Positions 1 to 12,925 of a stretch of 64,000 nt of DNA are shown one piece after another. Positions within the stretch are counted from its first letter, which is position 1. Every line of letters begins with the position of its first letter. Both the position numbers and the translations under genes were made by a program. This DNA is from Octopus sinensis. Its lineage: Eukaryota. The stretch covers positions 51,398,001 through 51,462,000 of the forward strand of contig NC_043008.1 in the NCBI RefSeq assembly GCF_006345805.1, given 5' to 3'. Under the pieces are notes generated by a model. The model was given only the letters and a program-made list of their open reading frames with translations, did not search any database and was not told where the DNA came from.

Positions 1-65
1 TTTTGACTGCCCTTTCTAGCATGTAAGAAGTCCTATCGATGGTCTTCACTTCGTGTATTTATACA
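1..65. mobile_element. Partial arm of a MITE-like inverted-repeat element (same family as 40213-40447), cut by the window edge
   Basis: ACTGCCCTTTCTAGCATGTAAGAAGTCCT nearly matches the right arm at 40383-40411 (ACTGCCCTTTCTAGCATGTAAGGAGTCCT). Confidence 0.6.
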
Positions 66-195
66 TTCTGTAAACACACATATACATACATACATACATA
101 TATATATATATATAAAGGGGTTTGTATGATTGTGTATAGAGGGATATATATATATATATATGCGTATGTATGCATGTCTGTATGCATGTCTTCTT

Positions 196-271
<76 letters not shown>

Positions 272-1965
272 CCTGTCTGTCTGTCTACCTATTATTTCTT
301 AGGTACCATGCGAGAAACATTCGGTCCTTGAATCACTTTAGTAACCTTTTGCTGATTTAAGAAATAAAGATATATAGTGATATATTGAATTCTAAATATG
401 CATATATTACACACATACACAAACACACACACACACATATTTATATATTTATTTATACATATAATCTATATATTCGTATATACATATACATACACGTATA
501 TTGAAACATGGCCGCGTTCAAGTTGTATCTCTTTTATTAAATTTCCCAGTAACTGGTTTTTTAAATTGGAACAATATATTTTCGAAGCCCATTAATGTTT
601 GAAGATCTTCTCTGTCCCCCCTCCCCCACCACCATGTCAATGACATGATAGTAACAATGGCTTTATTTTTTGTCAGGGCGTTTTGCAGTAGGAAGCAAAT
701 GCTCATGGTAATACTGTTATAACAATTAAAATCATCATCACTGGATTAGAATGTATCTAACAGTTACCTTTTAATTTATTTAACGGTTACCTCACAACTT
801 TAAACTGCAGGACTTTTTATTGTATTTTGCTGTTAAGCTTTTACGATTAATCTCATATTTATATAACGATGACCATTGCTAATTCGGCTTTCTAAATGGT
901 TGGAGCTACGGAGGCACACATTTCTTTGAGAGTATCCTTCTTGAGATGGTCCTTTGCGCCTAAAATATATAAAGGCTTTTCAACTTTCCTCTCTGCATTG
1001 TCAGAAGCTTTCCGCATTTCTCTTTTCGCTTATTGTTCTACTATGCAAGTGCTATCAACAAATGCTTTTCCTCTCTGCAATTGTTAGAAGCCTTCTTCAT
1101 TTCCTTTTTCATTTATCGTTCTACTATGCTTGTGCTATCAACAATTTTTTTTTCTTGTATTATGTACTTAAGCGTAATGTGCTTCAACGACTCTTTCTTC
1201 TTTGTTCACAGTCAACAAACTACGAAAGTGTTGTACATGTGAGTATATTGTAAGTTAACAACACTCATGCGCTGATGCTTACAACGAAACACGTATATTG
1301 TATTGGGTGTCTTAAATACATGTTTGTGGCTTGCAAGCATTTATGGCTTCCTTTTAATAACAAGCTTTCTTTCAATATCATGCTTTTGTAATTTTACATT
1401 ATATTAATGAGCTTGTAGTAAAATGTGTTACACGACGCGTTGTTTTACGAGATTTTATGACATATTTATGCATTATTCGACTTGATAGGAGTTCGTTGAT
1501 ATTATATGTATGGTTTGTGTATTTTTATTGGATGATGTTTTTCATATATCTATGTATTAACATACTGATATAGAATGTATGAAAGAAACTGAAAATTTCC
1601 AGAATGTAACTGTTAGTCAATCTTGAATCTGGCAATGATGATTTTAAACAATTACAACATTATTCCTACGATACTTTGCTAACGACTGCAAAGCGCACCA
1701 TCACTATTTCACTACTACATTGGTTTCGTTCAAAAGGATGAAGCTGAGAATCTCTTGGAACGGTCGTGAACTTAAACCCTGTTGGTAAAACTAAACTGCA
1801 AGAACTCATAGGGTAGAATTGAAAAAAGTTTTAATATAGCATGTTCAAAAGAAAAACATAAACCTCTATGTAGATAAATGTCTGGGTGTATATACGGGTG
1901 GCTGTGCGTTACATGTACATAATAAATGTATTGCATATGTATAAATGTACACAGATCTATCCGTA

Positions 1966-2028
<63 letters not shown>

Positions 2029-2031
2029 TTA

Positions 2032-2066
<35 letters not shown>

Positions 2067-2334
2067 GCCTGCCTGCCTGCCCGCCCGTCGGTCCGTCCGT
2101 CTGTCTGTCTGTCTGTTTGCCCGCCTGTCTGTCCGTCCGTCTGTCTGTCTATCTATTCATCCACATGTACATGTGAATCTCATATATTCTCTTATATGTT
2201 TCAGTCCAATGACTGTGGCCATGCTGGAGCACCGACATTGTAATCATCTTTCCACTTTTCCACCTTTGTCGGAGCGGCTTCTTGGTGAAGGATGGAGTTC
2301 GATGCTACTGCCCTCTTTTGAGTTTCTTGCTTAG

Positions 2335-2397
2335 ATATTTGCTCATCCGGGGATCTCGACGAGCCAGAGGTCAAGTTCACAGCAGACAGTTGAACAG
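2335..2397 (+). other. Possible isolated 63-nt internal exon (phase 0-0, IFAHPGISTSQRSSSQQTVEQ)
   Basis: Pyrimidine-rich acceptor ...TTTCTTGCTTAG, donor CAG|GTGTGA, frame open; no recognisable homology. Confidence 0.15.
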
Positions 2398-2737
2398 GTG
2401 TGAAGCATATTTGTACGTACGTAAACGTGTGTACATACACATACCCATGCACACGCAATCACACGCACATGCAAACACATAATGACACTAATTAGTTCAA
2501 ATATTTACACGCACATATGCACACACATATACATACATAAGTATATATATATATATATATACGTTTAAATATTTGTTGTGCAAGATTTTTTATGTGAAGT
2601 CGTGTGTTGAAACAGATATTGTTATATTTCGGAATGGTCATATTGCCAGTTTAGCCAATAAAAACACACGCACTATATATTTGGTGTTATTTTGCTTCAG
2701 TGATATTTATTTTTTACATTAATCTTAATCTTATTTC

Positions 2738-2782
2738 GGCCAGAGTTCTTTCGTCACACTCCTGTGACCGCATCAGTGGTCC
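2738..2782 (-). ncRNA. Candidate minimal type I hammerhead ribozyme in pLTR, core variant (A9 to C), probably inactive
   Basis: Minus strand GGACCA-CTGATGC-G-GTCACA ggag TGTGAC-GAAA-GAAC-TC-TGGCC; perfect 6-bp stem II; homologous to 28736-28780. Confidence 0.4.
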
Positions 2783-3252
2783 TTTGTTTTCTTCTCACTT
2801 ATTTGTGTCTCTCCTTACTAACCGTCAGCCATTTTGTATTTCTATTGTGTCTTCATTTGCGCATGCTTATATCTCTATGTGCGTCTATGTTTATTTAGTG
2901 GTGTGTGGGGGGGATGCCTGTAATATTTGTATCTTCTGTTTATATACATTCTTGTAATTTGTATTTTGTTTTGTTGTTGTTGCTTTTGTTCTAATTTTGT
3001 TCATGTGTTTACATCCACCCAGTATTATCATTACATATGCTGTATGTATGATATAACACCAATGTTACTAATAATAATAATAAATCTAATCGAAAAAAAA
3101 AAAAATATATAATATATAGATATACCACTTATATAACAATATTATATATATATATACACATATACATACATAGATATATATACATATATATAGTTATTCA
3201 TTTTATTCTTTAATTATCTGTGTATTTATTATGTTTGCAGGATCCACTATCG

Positions 3253-3810
3253 TCATATGTTGTGGTGTGTGCTATTGCTCCATTCTAGTTTTCTATTCAG
3301 GCTAGGTTTATTTTCTATTATATGTGTAGCTTCTGTAATTTGTCTAATTCTTGCATCTGTTCTATGTGTGGACAATATCTTAATCTCTATGTTATTGATT
3401 GATCCCCCGTGTTCCTGTTCGGCGTGTTGGTACAGAATCGATGAGCTCTTACCTTCCTTGAGTTGTCTCCAATGTTCAATCACCTGCTCTCCAATGCTTC
3501 TTGCTGTTCCCCTACGTATGTTACTGTTTGTTACTGCATCGTCCCTCTATACATCTATACTATAGACCACATTTCTGGCTTTACAGTTTGTTTGTGGGCT
3601 AAATCTACATACAGTGCAATAGTTATCCGTACAGAGGGTTCTACTAAAAGGATAGGTTCTACCAATTATAGATCTGATAGGGTTGCCTGGCTTTTCAACA
3701 ACCTTAATTCTTAGTTTAAGTTTATCTAGGGTCCTTCTAAAGCGGTACGCCAGTTCACCTCCAGGGGTGGTGTCAACGAACATGACACTCTGGTATTTAT
3801 GGCTATTTAT
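3253..3810 (-). pseudogene. Penelope-like RT-EN linker and GIY-YIG endonuclease remnant (stop and frameshift)
   Basis: Translates to VMFVDTTPGGEL...KVVEKPG...YPF...C..CTVC...NCKARNVVYSI, then YVGE/ARSIGEQVIEH after a frameshift, then HAEQEHG...IRQITEATHIIENKPSLN; typical PLE GIY-YIG motifs. Confidence 0.8.
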
Positions 3811-4076
3811 GGGTGGATGTAAACACATGAACAAAATTAGAACAAAAGCAACAACAACAAAAACAAAATACAAATTACAAGAATGTATATAAACAGAAGA
3901 TACAAATATTACAGGCATCCCCCCCCACACACTAAATAAACATAGACGAAAGAACTTTGGCCGAAATAAGATTAAGATTAATGTAAAAAATAAATATCAC
4001 TGAAGCAAAATAACACCAAATATATAGTGCGTGTGTTTTTATTGGCTAAACTGGCAATATGACCATTCCGAAATAT

Positions 4077-4115
<39 letters not shown>

Positions 4116-4116
<1 letters not shown>

Positions 4117-4160
4117 TAGCCCGATGATGGGCAAAGACCCAGAAACATGCGTGTTTCTAG
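4116..4160 (+). ncRNA. Hammerhead-like motif with variant core (CCGATGA)
   Basis: CTAGC-CCGATGA-TGGG caaaga CCCA-GAAA-CA tgcg TG-TT-TCTAG; stems II and III pair, stem I pairs 4 of 5. Confidence 0.3.
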
Positions 4161-4319
4161 ATGCAGGCCTAGCTGTTGGGGGTATTTGTCTCCCCTTCGT
4201 GAATATATAAGGACACAGGAAATGTGTCAAGGCCGACAGGAAGCGTCGATGCTTCCTAGGGCTAAACAGCGGTGAGGGAATTCCCTTACAGGACTGTCAC
4301 GTTAAGTGACAGTATACAA

Positions 4320-4397
<78 letters not shown>

Positions 4398-4447
4398 TAT
4401 ATATACACACATCACATATATATGCTATCTATCTATCTATCTATCTA

Positions 4448-4515
<68 letters not shown>

Positions 4516-5134
4516 TTATATATCTGTCTGTTTATCTCTTTGAATAAACATATGCAAATATATACATGCACACGCACACATAGAAGCCAAACACACTCAT
4601 ACATACACACTTACACACTCACACACACACATATACCGATATATAAAAATTCATACAAATACGTACGTATGCTTTATATATATATATATATATACACACA
4701 TATGCGTCTGTGAGGGTACACACACACACACACACTCTCTCTCTCTCTCTCACATGCACACCCACACGCACGCATGCACACACACGCACACACATACACA
4801 CACACCTATATGTACACACGCACAAATAATAAAAATAAAAAAAATTTAAGCAACACACATCGAGACCGAACAAACGACCGAACGAAGGAAAGCGTGCAGG
4901 CAGAAAGGCAAGCAGGCTGGCTTGCTGATGGCATACACACGCGCACATAGAGAGAGAGAGAGAGAGAGGGAGGGTGAGAGAGAGAGAGAGGAAGAGGGAG
5001 AGTGGGAGAAAGAGTAGGAGAGAGAGGGAGAGAGAGAGAGAGCAATCGAAACTGAGCGAAAGACCTAAGGAAAGAGGAAGAGATAGAAAAAAGAGAAGGA
5101 GAGAACTAGAGATAATGAGATAGAGGAAAGCCTC

Positions 5135-5165
<31 letters not shown>

Positions 5166-5809
5166 ACACTTATGTATATAACAGTATAGAATACGACAGC
5201 AACAATGCTGAGAGCAAGAGCAGCAGCAGTAGGAGCAGCAGCAGCAGCAGCAGCGGCAACAACAGCAGCAGCAGTAACAACAACAGCAGCATCAACAACA
5301 GGCATTCTAGCGGAACTACCACGGAGTTAAGAAGACTGTTGTATCTCTGTTGTGTTTACTGTGTCGGGGGGAAAAACATACATACATACACACACACACA
5401 CACGCACACACTTACACACACGCACTTACACACACACACACACTAACACACAGAAACACATACACACAGGACACACACACACACACATATATATAATGTA
5501 CCATTAGATATAATCTAACTACATATATCTATATATCCGTGTCTGTGTGTTATATATATATATATATTTATATACATATACAGAGTGGGAAAGAGAGAGA
5601 GTGAGAGTGAGAAAGAGAGACTGATTGAATGAGAGAGGTAGAGGGAGAGAGATTGTGTGAGAGAAATAATTGCGGTGAGAATCTTAATAATAATAATAAT
5701 AATAATAATAATAGTAATAAACTAGTTCTTATTAATTATAATAACACTTAATAATAGGTGTAATAAGACACACACACACATAATATATATACATTCATAT
5801 ACTTGTATA

Positions 5810-5849
<40 letters not shown>

Positions 5850-6071
5850 TATATATATATATATATATATATGTATGTTATATATACACCCAGTATGTAC
5901 AAGATGATCTAATGTCAAATAACAAGGGAGAAAATAATTACACATACACACGCACACATATACACACCCATAATTACCAACGGAAAAAAAAAGGGAATTA
6001 TAAGAAAATTTTCTCTGTTTCTCAGCCCCTCCGTCACCCCACCCGAAAAGGGAAGAAAAGGTACCCGGATT

Positions 6072-6108
<37 letters not shown>

Positions 6109-6488
6109 GTTTGTGTGGGGAAAGGTTAACAACGCGACGACGATATGAGTATAAACAAACTGTAGTGGATTGAACTACATATACGAACAACAAGACCAGT
6201 TTCAACAACAATAATAATAACAACAGTCAAAGGACGAAGAAAGGAAATCTCTAAAGAAAAAAAAAAAACAGATAAAAACCGAAATAAAATAAAGGAAGAC
6301 GAAATCTCAAAATACATCCCTGGAAAAAACAAAAAAAAAAACCAAAACAAAACCAACTAACAGAAAACACAATAACCAACGAAAACCTGTGGCCAGCCTA
6401 CTAAGAAAGCCAGCAAAGCTAGAATTGTGTGTGGAAGAAGGCAATGTGTAAACCTGTATTATACATCAATATCATCTTTATTCACAAG

Positions 6489-6535
6489 CATGATCCTTCG
6501 CTGTCTAGTCATTCTGATTATATCCCTACAAAGCG
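6489..6535 (+). other. Possible isolated exon; either signal-peptide-like MILRCLVILIISLQS (ATG 6490, phase-1 donor) or internal HDPSLSSHSDYIPTK(R)
   Basis: Acceptor ATCTTTATTCACAAG, strong donor GCG|GTAAGT at 6536, two open frames, non-repetitive sequence. Confidence 0.3.
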
Positions 6536-6668
6536 GTAAGTAACCTCATATTTATATATATATTTACTTATATTCATGTATATATATATATGTATATATA
6601 TACATGCATGGCTAAACACACATACACTCACACACAGATATCTATAAATCTATAAAGAAATTTGTCTG

Positions 6669-6746
<78 letters not shown>

Positions 6747-6823
6747 CATATACTATCAGTCTGTCTGTCTGTCTATGTAGGTATATGTACTTCTTACTTT
6801 CACATTCATACATACACAGTTCC

Positions 6824-6879
<56 letters not shown>

Positions 6880-7113
6880 CATACACAGTTCCGTATATCC
6901 TATATATATATACATACATGTTAAGTGAGTGTAAGTTATCTTAAATCTTAGATATATATATATTTATCATATATATCATACCATATACATTAATTTCTAC
7001 AGTGTCCCTTCTACGTGTGTTTGTGTTTATGTGTGCGTGTGTGTGTGTGTGTATCTAACACATTCTAGCCTGTAAATACAAACACACACATATATGCGTC
7101 TGTGTGCAAAAAT

Positions 7114-7171
<58 letters not shown>

Positions 7172-8148
7172 TTACACACACGCACCTTCTGTTCCTATCT
7201 ATCTGTCTGTCTGTCTTTCGTTGTCTCTGTCGCACATAAACACACACACATATGTATATATTCAGAGACACGCCAACACTACAACGCACGCGTACGTAAC
7301 ACATACACACTGTCACACACGTAAATACACACACACATGCACAGACACCACACACACACTTATATGCATGTGTTTCAATGTAAATCTTACCGTGTGTGCG
7401 TATGTGTGTGTGTGTGTACTTGTTTTCGCTTTCTCGGTCACTGTAGTATTCTCCGACCATATTACATCTAGAGAGAGAAAAATATGCAAAACAACTTTCC
7501 ATTCTGTCAGACCATCCATCCATCCGTCCGTCCGTCCGTCCGTCCCTCAACCTATCCCCCCGTCTCCCAATCATTCCTATCATCCATTCATCCGTCAATC
7601 AATTCCTATCTCCATCCATCCTTCAATCCATCCATCCATCCATCCATCCATCCATCCAGCCAGCCAGCCAACCAGCTAGCCAGCCAGCCAGAAATCCATT
7701 TACCTCTCCATCCCTGTACCACTCCATCAACCCCTAAATCTTTAAATCCTTCTCTCCATGCCCCACTTTCTCCATCTGTTGCTCTTGTATAAACCCAAGA
7801 GCCCCTTATCTGGACGTTCGACGTCTTTAAACCACCACCAAATCCTATCATTTTTCTTCCTTGCCTAGTGTACCGACGACTCTGTTATCCAATGTATCAT
7901 CTGATACGACTGTACGGAGTGATTTGAGGGGAGATTTCGTTGCTATTTCCCGTCGTTGCAGGACGTATACATCCATTGGTGAATCCATCAGCAATCCAAC
8001 TAGCCAACCTCTGCTTGTCTGTATTTCTAAATGATCTCTTTCTCCCTCGCTCCCACCTCTCTCTCTCTCAATCTGTGTCTGTCTCTTCTCTCTCTCTTTC
8101 CTCACACACGCATACTTGTCTGTGTGTGTGTGTGTGTGTGTGTATGTA

Positions 8149-8182
<34 letters not shown>

Positions 8183-8210
8183 ATCTATCTTCTATCTATC
8201 TATCTATCTA

Positions 8211-8277
<67 letters not shown>

Positions 8278-8442
8278 CTATATATAAATATGCATGATCT
8301 CTGCTTCTCCATGTTTCTTAACAATATGACCGTCCCAGCAATCTTACATATTCTCTTACTCGGTTTCTTACTGTCTGTCTGTCTGTCTCTCTCTCAATCT
8401 CTTTTATTCTCTTTCTTTCATGTATTATCCCACTCTGTTTCC

Positions 8443-8533
<91 letters not shown>

Positions 8534-9095
8534 GTCTATCTTTCTGTCTATCAATCTGTCTGTCTGACTGCCTGTCAGTCTGACTGCCTGTCAGTCTGTC
8601 TATATGTATATATATAAGTATGTGTGTATGTACGTGTCTTTATGTATATGCCTGTACATATGTCAATAGGTATATATACACACATACATATATTTGTACA
8701 TACACAGAAACGCACGCACACACAGACGCTCACACACACACACACACACACACATATATAAATACAAAGCCTACATATAACCTCATGTTTTTCTTCAAGA
8801 CACGGTACGAACACATTTCTATCAATGTTATATTCGCTCAGCTTCACAACACTCGATATTCTCGTTCAGTCAAAGAGAAAAGCTCATATTTATATATATA
8901 TATTGTAGAAAGCTATGCAAAGCTTGTCCGTAGTTATTGGCTATCTGGTGTCATCATGCAATGGAAACGCTCTCATTACTGGTCATCCATTAGGAATGGC
9001 ACAACATCTTTAGAGTTTATATAAATAGACAAATGAAAGAAGCTGAAATTAGACAATCTTTATTTAAAGAATGTCCTTAATTCCGTTTTCTTTCA

Positions 9096-9142
<47 letters not shown>

Positions 9143-9672
9143 TATCATATGAGTGTGTGTGTGTATGTGTGTGTGTGTGCACTTAAATACATATTACATA
9201 CATAGATATATGCATACATACATATGTAGATATGCACACACACACACATATATATGCATGCACAGACGAAAGCAGACAACAGCATGCATGCAGAACGTGT
9301 CAGTCCCTTGTTGCACACGCAACCACAAAAACGCGTACACACTTCTATATATATGTATATATATATATATATAAAACATACACATTTACAGAACAACGCA
9401 TGCACTCACATTTGCCAACAAAGACAAAATAATTCCAGCACACACCCACGCATATATCCATGTATTCATATACATAATACATACGTACAAACATACATAC
9501 ACACACATACATACATACATACATGCATGTATTTATATATGCATATATATAAACACTGAAAAAATTAAATGAAATATGTCCCACGAAGGGAATAAAAGAA
9601 AGAAAAATAGAGAGAAAATCATTATAAACAAATAATAACAACAATAGTGAAAGCAACAAGACCAACAGTAGC

Positions 9673-9711
<39 letters not shown>

Positions 9712-9779
9712 AATACATATATGTGACAATAAACACTACAGATATTTTATACATAAGATAATAGGTATATATGTATACG

Positions 9780-9843
<64 letters not shown>

Positions 9844-10535
9844 TATGTACACGTAAGTATATATATGTATGTGTGTGTGTGTGTGTGTAGAAGCATACAT
9901 GCAAAACGTATATACATAAAGGATGTATATTTTATATATTCTCATCCACTGCATATGTCCTGTACACGTGCAATCAGTAACTTGTGTGGGATACTATACA
10001 TCTATCAGTAAACATACATCGTAGCTCTCTTGCTCACACACACCCACACACACACACACAGTTATACAAGCTCAGATGCACAAGGACTGATACATATATA
10101 TACTTAATTATATACACATTAAGTATGAATGTGTGTTTGTGTGTGTATGTTCGTGCTTATACACACACACAAATGTATGTATTTGTATGTATATCTGTAT
10201 ATATGTAAATATGCATGTATGTATATATGTATGTATGTACCTATGTATTTATCTTTCTCTCTTTCTCTCTCTCAGTACACACACACACACACACACATAT
10301 ACACGACGTGTGAGACGAAATTTCGAAGTTACTCTCAACCACTTCCCTGTATGATTTCAATAATATTAAAAACAACAACAATAATAATAATGATAAAAAT
10401 TGTAATAAAAATATTGTAAATATACATATAGCTTTATATGTCTTATACAGATTAGCTGCATGCGTATGTCAAATTACACACTGATACACACACACGCGCA
10501 CAAACACACACACACACACACACACACGCGCACAC

Positions 10536-10568
<33 letters not shown>

Positions 10569-10590
10569 TACATGCATGTTGTATAGTTAA

Positions 10591-10649
10591 TCACGCATCA
10601 AACGGCCGAGCGCAGCCGCCGCCTCACTTGGCAGTTTGAATGCCTGTGA
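10591..10649 (+). ncRNA. 59-nt GC-rich hairpin, pre-miRNA-like candidate
   Basis: 19 base pairs by hand (TCAC/GTGA, GCATCAAAC/GTTTGAATGC, GCCGAG/CTTGGC) closing a 16-nt loop; unique sequence between CA repeats. Confidence 0.3.
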
Positions 10650-10695
10650 CCACTTGTGATTGAAATTGAAATTACAATATGAAAGGCACGGATAT

Positions 10696-10736
<41 letters not shown>

Positions 10737-11086
10737 TATACACACAAACACATACATGCACATATAGAATGATGTACAAACACATGAACACAGAAACAAG
10801 CACAAATATACGCATAAAATGACATATATAGAATGTTGTAAGTTACAGGAATGTCACACTTCGTGTGCGAGAGACAGGATTTGTGTATGTAAGTGTGTAT
10901 GAATGTATATATACATATATATGAATTTTTGTCTGTTTCCTGCTTCTTTAATATCCCCCACACACAAACACACACACACACACACACGGAAACGAATTTT
11001 ACTTCACATGTAACTGTGTATGCTATAAAAAATATTATGTAAATATTTTATGTTGCATCTACCTACCTACCTACCTACCTACCTAC

Positions 11087-11159
<73 letters not shown>

Positions 11160-11163
11160 CATA

Positions 11164-11233
<70 letters not shown>

Positions 11234-11241
11234 GATAGATG

Positions 11242-11272
<31 letters not shown>

Positions 11273-11623
11273 TTAGATAACTTGAAAGACATACATATAT
11301 ATGTACATTCATACATCTGTCCGTACGAGTGTGTTGTCCTTTATACATACATATATACACTCACCCTCGCACACACACACACGCATATAGACATGCGTGT
11401 GCGAATATACACACACTCACAAACACACACATATGGACGTGTGGCTGATTATCTTCATGCATGTATATATATATATATATATGTGTGTGTGTATATGGGT
11501 GTATGTATAAGATGACGTTATTGTATTATTTAATAAACATGGACAAAACTAAATGCATTTCATGCGTACGTTGTATGATCATACCGACGTGTATATGCTT
11601 ACAAACGTCTCTCTCTTAACTCA

Positions 11624-11699
<76 letters not shown>

Positions 11700-11883
11700 G
11701 TCTGTGATTACGATCCCTATTGATCAACTTCTTTTTCCTCTCCCCCCCCCTTTTTTTGTCCTCTTTCTTTCCTTTTACGATCCCTTTTGATCGGAAACCA
11801 ACCCCTTTTTTACCCCCAAAAGAAAAGCTCTACCTTGTAATTTGTTCTGTCTGTGTGCAGCCCTGTGTGGCCAATAAAGAAAC

Positions 11884-11934
<51 letters not shown>

Positions 11935-12218
11935 CATTGTATTTCGTCCATTTTTATTGTGTTTAGCCCTGTGTGGCCACAATAAAAAGTTATCTATCTA
12001 CATATCTGTCTGTCTGTCTGTGTCCGTCTATCCATCCGTCTGTCTGTCTTTCTGTCTGTCTGTATGTCTGTAAGCTGGCTGTGTTTTGTGAATCAATCCG
12101 CGAATCTCTCCCTCTCAATCTTTCTCTCTTTTCTCCCTCTTTCTATTTCTCCTTTTCTGTATTTCTCTCTCTTACCCACCCCTCTCTCTTTTCCATCGCT
12201 GTCTCTCTTTCCCCCCGC

Positions 12219-12258
<40 letters not shown>

Positions 12259-12871
12259 CGCGCGCCCGTGTGTGTGTGATTACGATCCCTATTGATCAAC
12301 TTTTTTTCCTCTCCCCTTTCCCCCCCTTTTTTAAAAAAAATCCTCCCCTTTTTATATGTGTGTGTGTGTGTGTATACGTATAAAATCATAAATATGTCTG
12401 TCTACCAATCAATTTCTTTATCTCTCAGTCTCTCTCTTTCTCTCTCTCTCTTTCCCCCTCTCTCTCAATCCCTCCATCTTTCTCTTGGATTATCATCTAC
12501 ATATCGTTCAAATTGCTTATCATATTCATTTATATATCTAACTTTTAAACACAATTACAGTTAGACATACGTACACACACGCAACTTCCATAAGTTGCGC
12601 ATACCCTAGACATGCATTGGAGACACACACACACGTAGATTCATGTATATGTGTGTATATTTGTCTTCTATGTATCTCTTGTGTGTGCACATATATGTAT
12701 GTATATATATGTATCTATATATATGCGTGCAGATATGTACGTGTGTGCATGAGTTATCTAGTCTGCATTGTCAGTTCGTGGATTGTTATATAAACGATAC
12801 AAATCAGTGTAAATGAATCTTAGTTCTTATTTACTGACCACAGATGCGTGCGTGTGTGTGTGTGTGTGTAA

Positions 12872-12925
<54 letters not shown>

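Larger units (their letters stand above)
2616..4084 (-). mobile_element. 5'-truncated Penelope-like retroelement with inverted pseudo-LTR/3' segment
   Basis: GIY-YIG remnant on minus strand (3253-3810) flanked by inverted arms 2616-3020 and 3811-4084; the right arm lacks ~130 bp of the left arm. Confidence 0.8.

Noticed and set aside
7870-7978. Exon-like segment (VPTTLLSNV...TYTSIG) in phase with 6489-6535
   Set aside because: Its core GTGATTTGAGGGGAGATTTCGTTGCTATTTC matches the dispersed repeat seen at 15740 and 33250-33495.
8909-9024. Possible exon after TTGTAG
   Set aside because: Every frame stops without a donor, and the peptides are unrecognisable.
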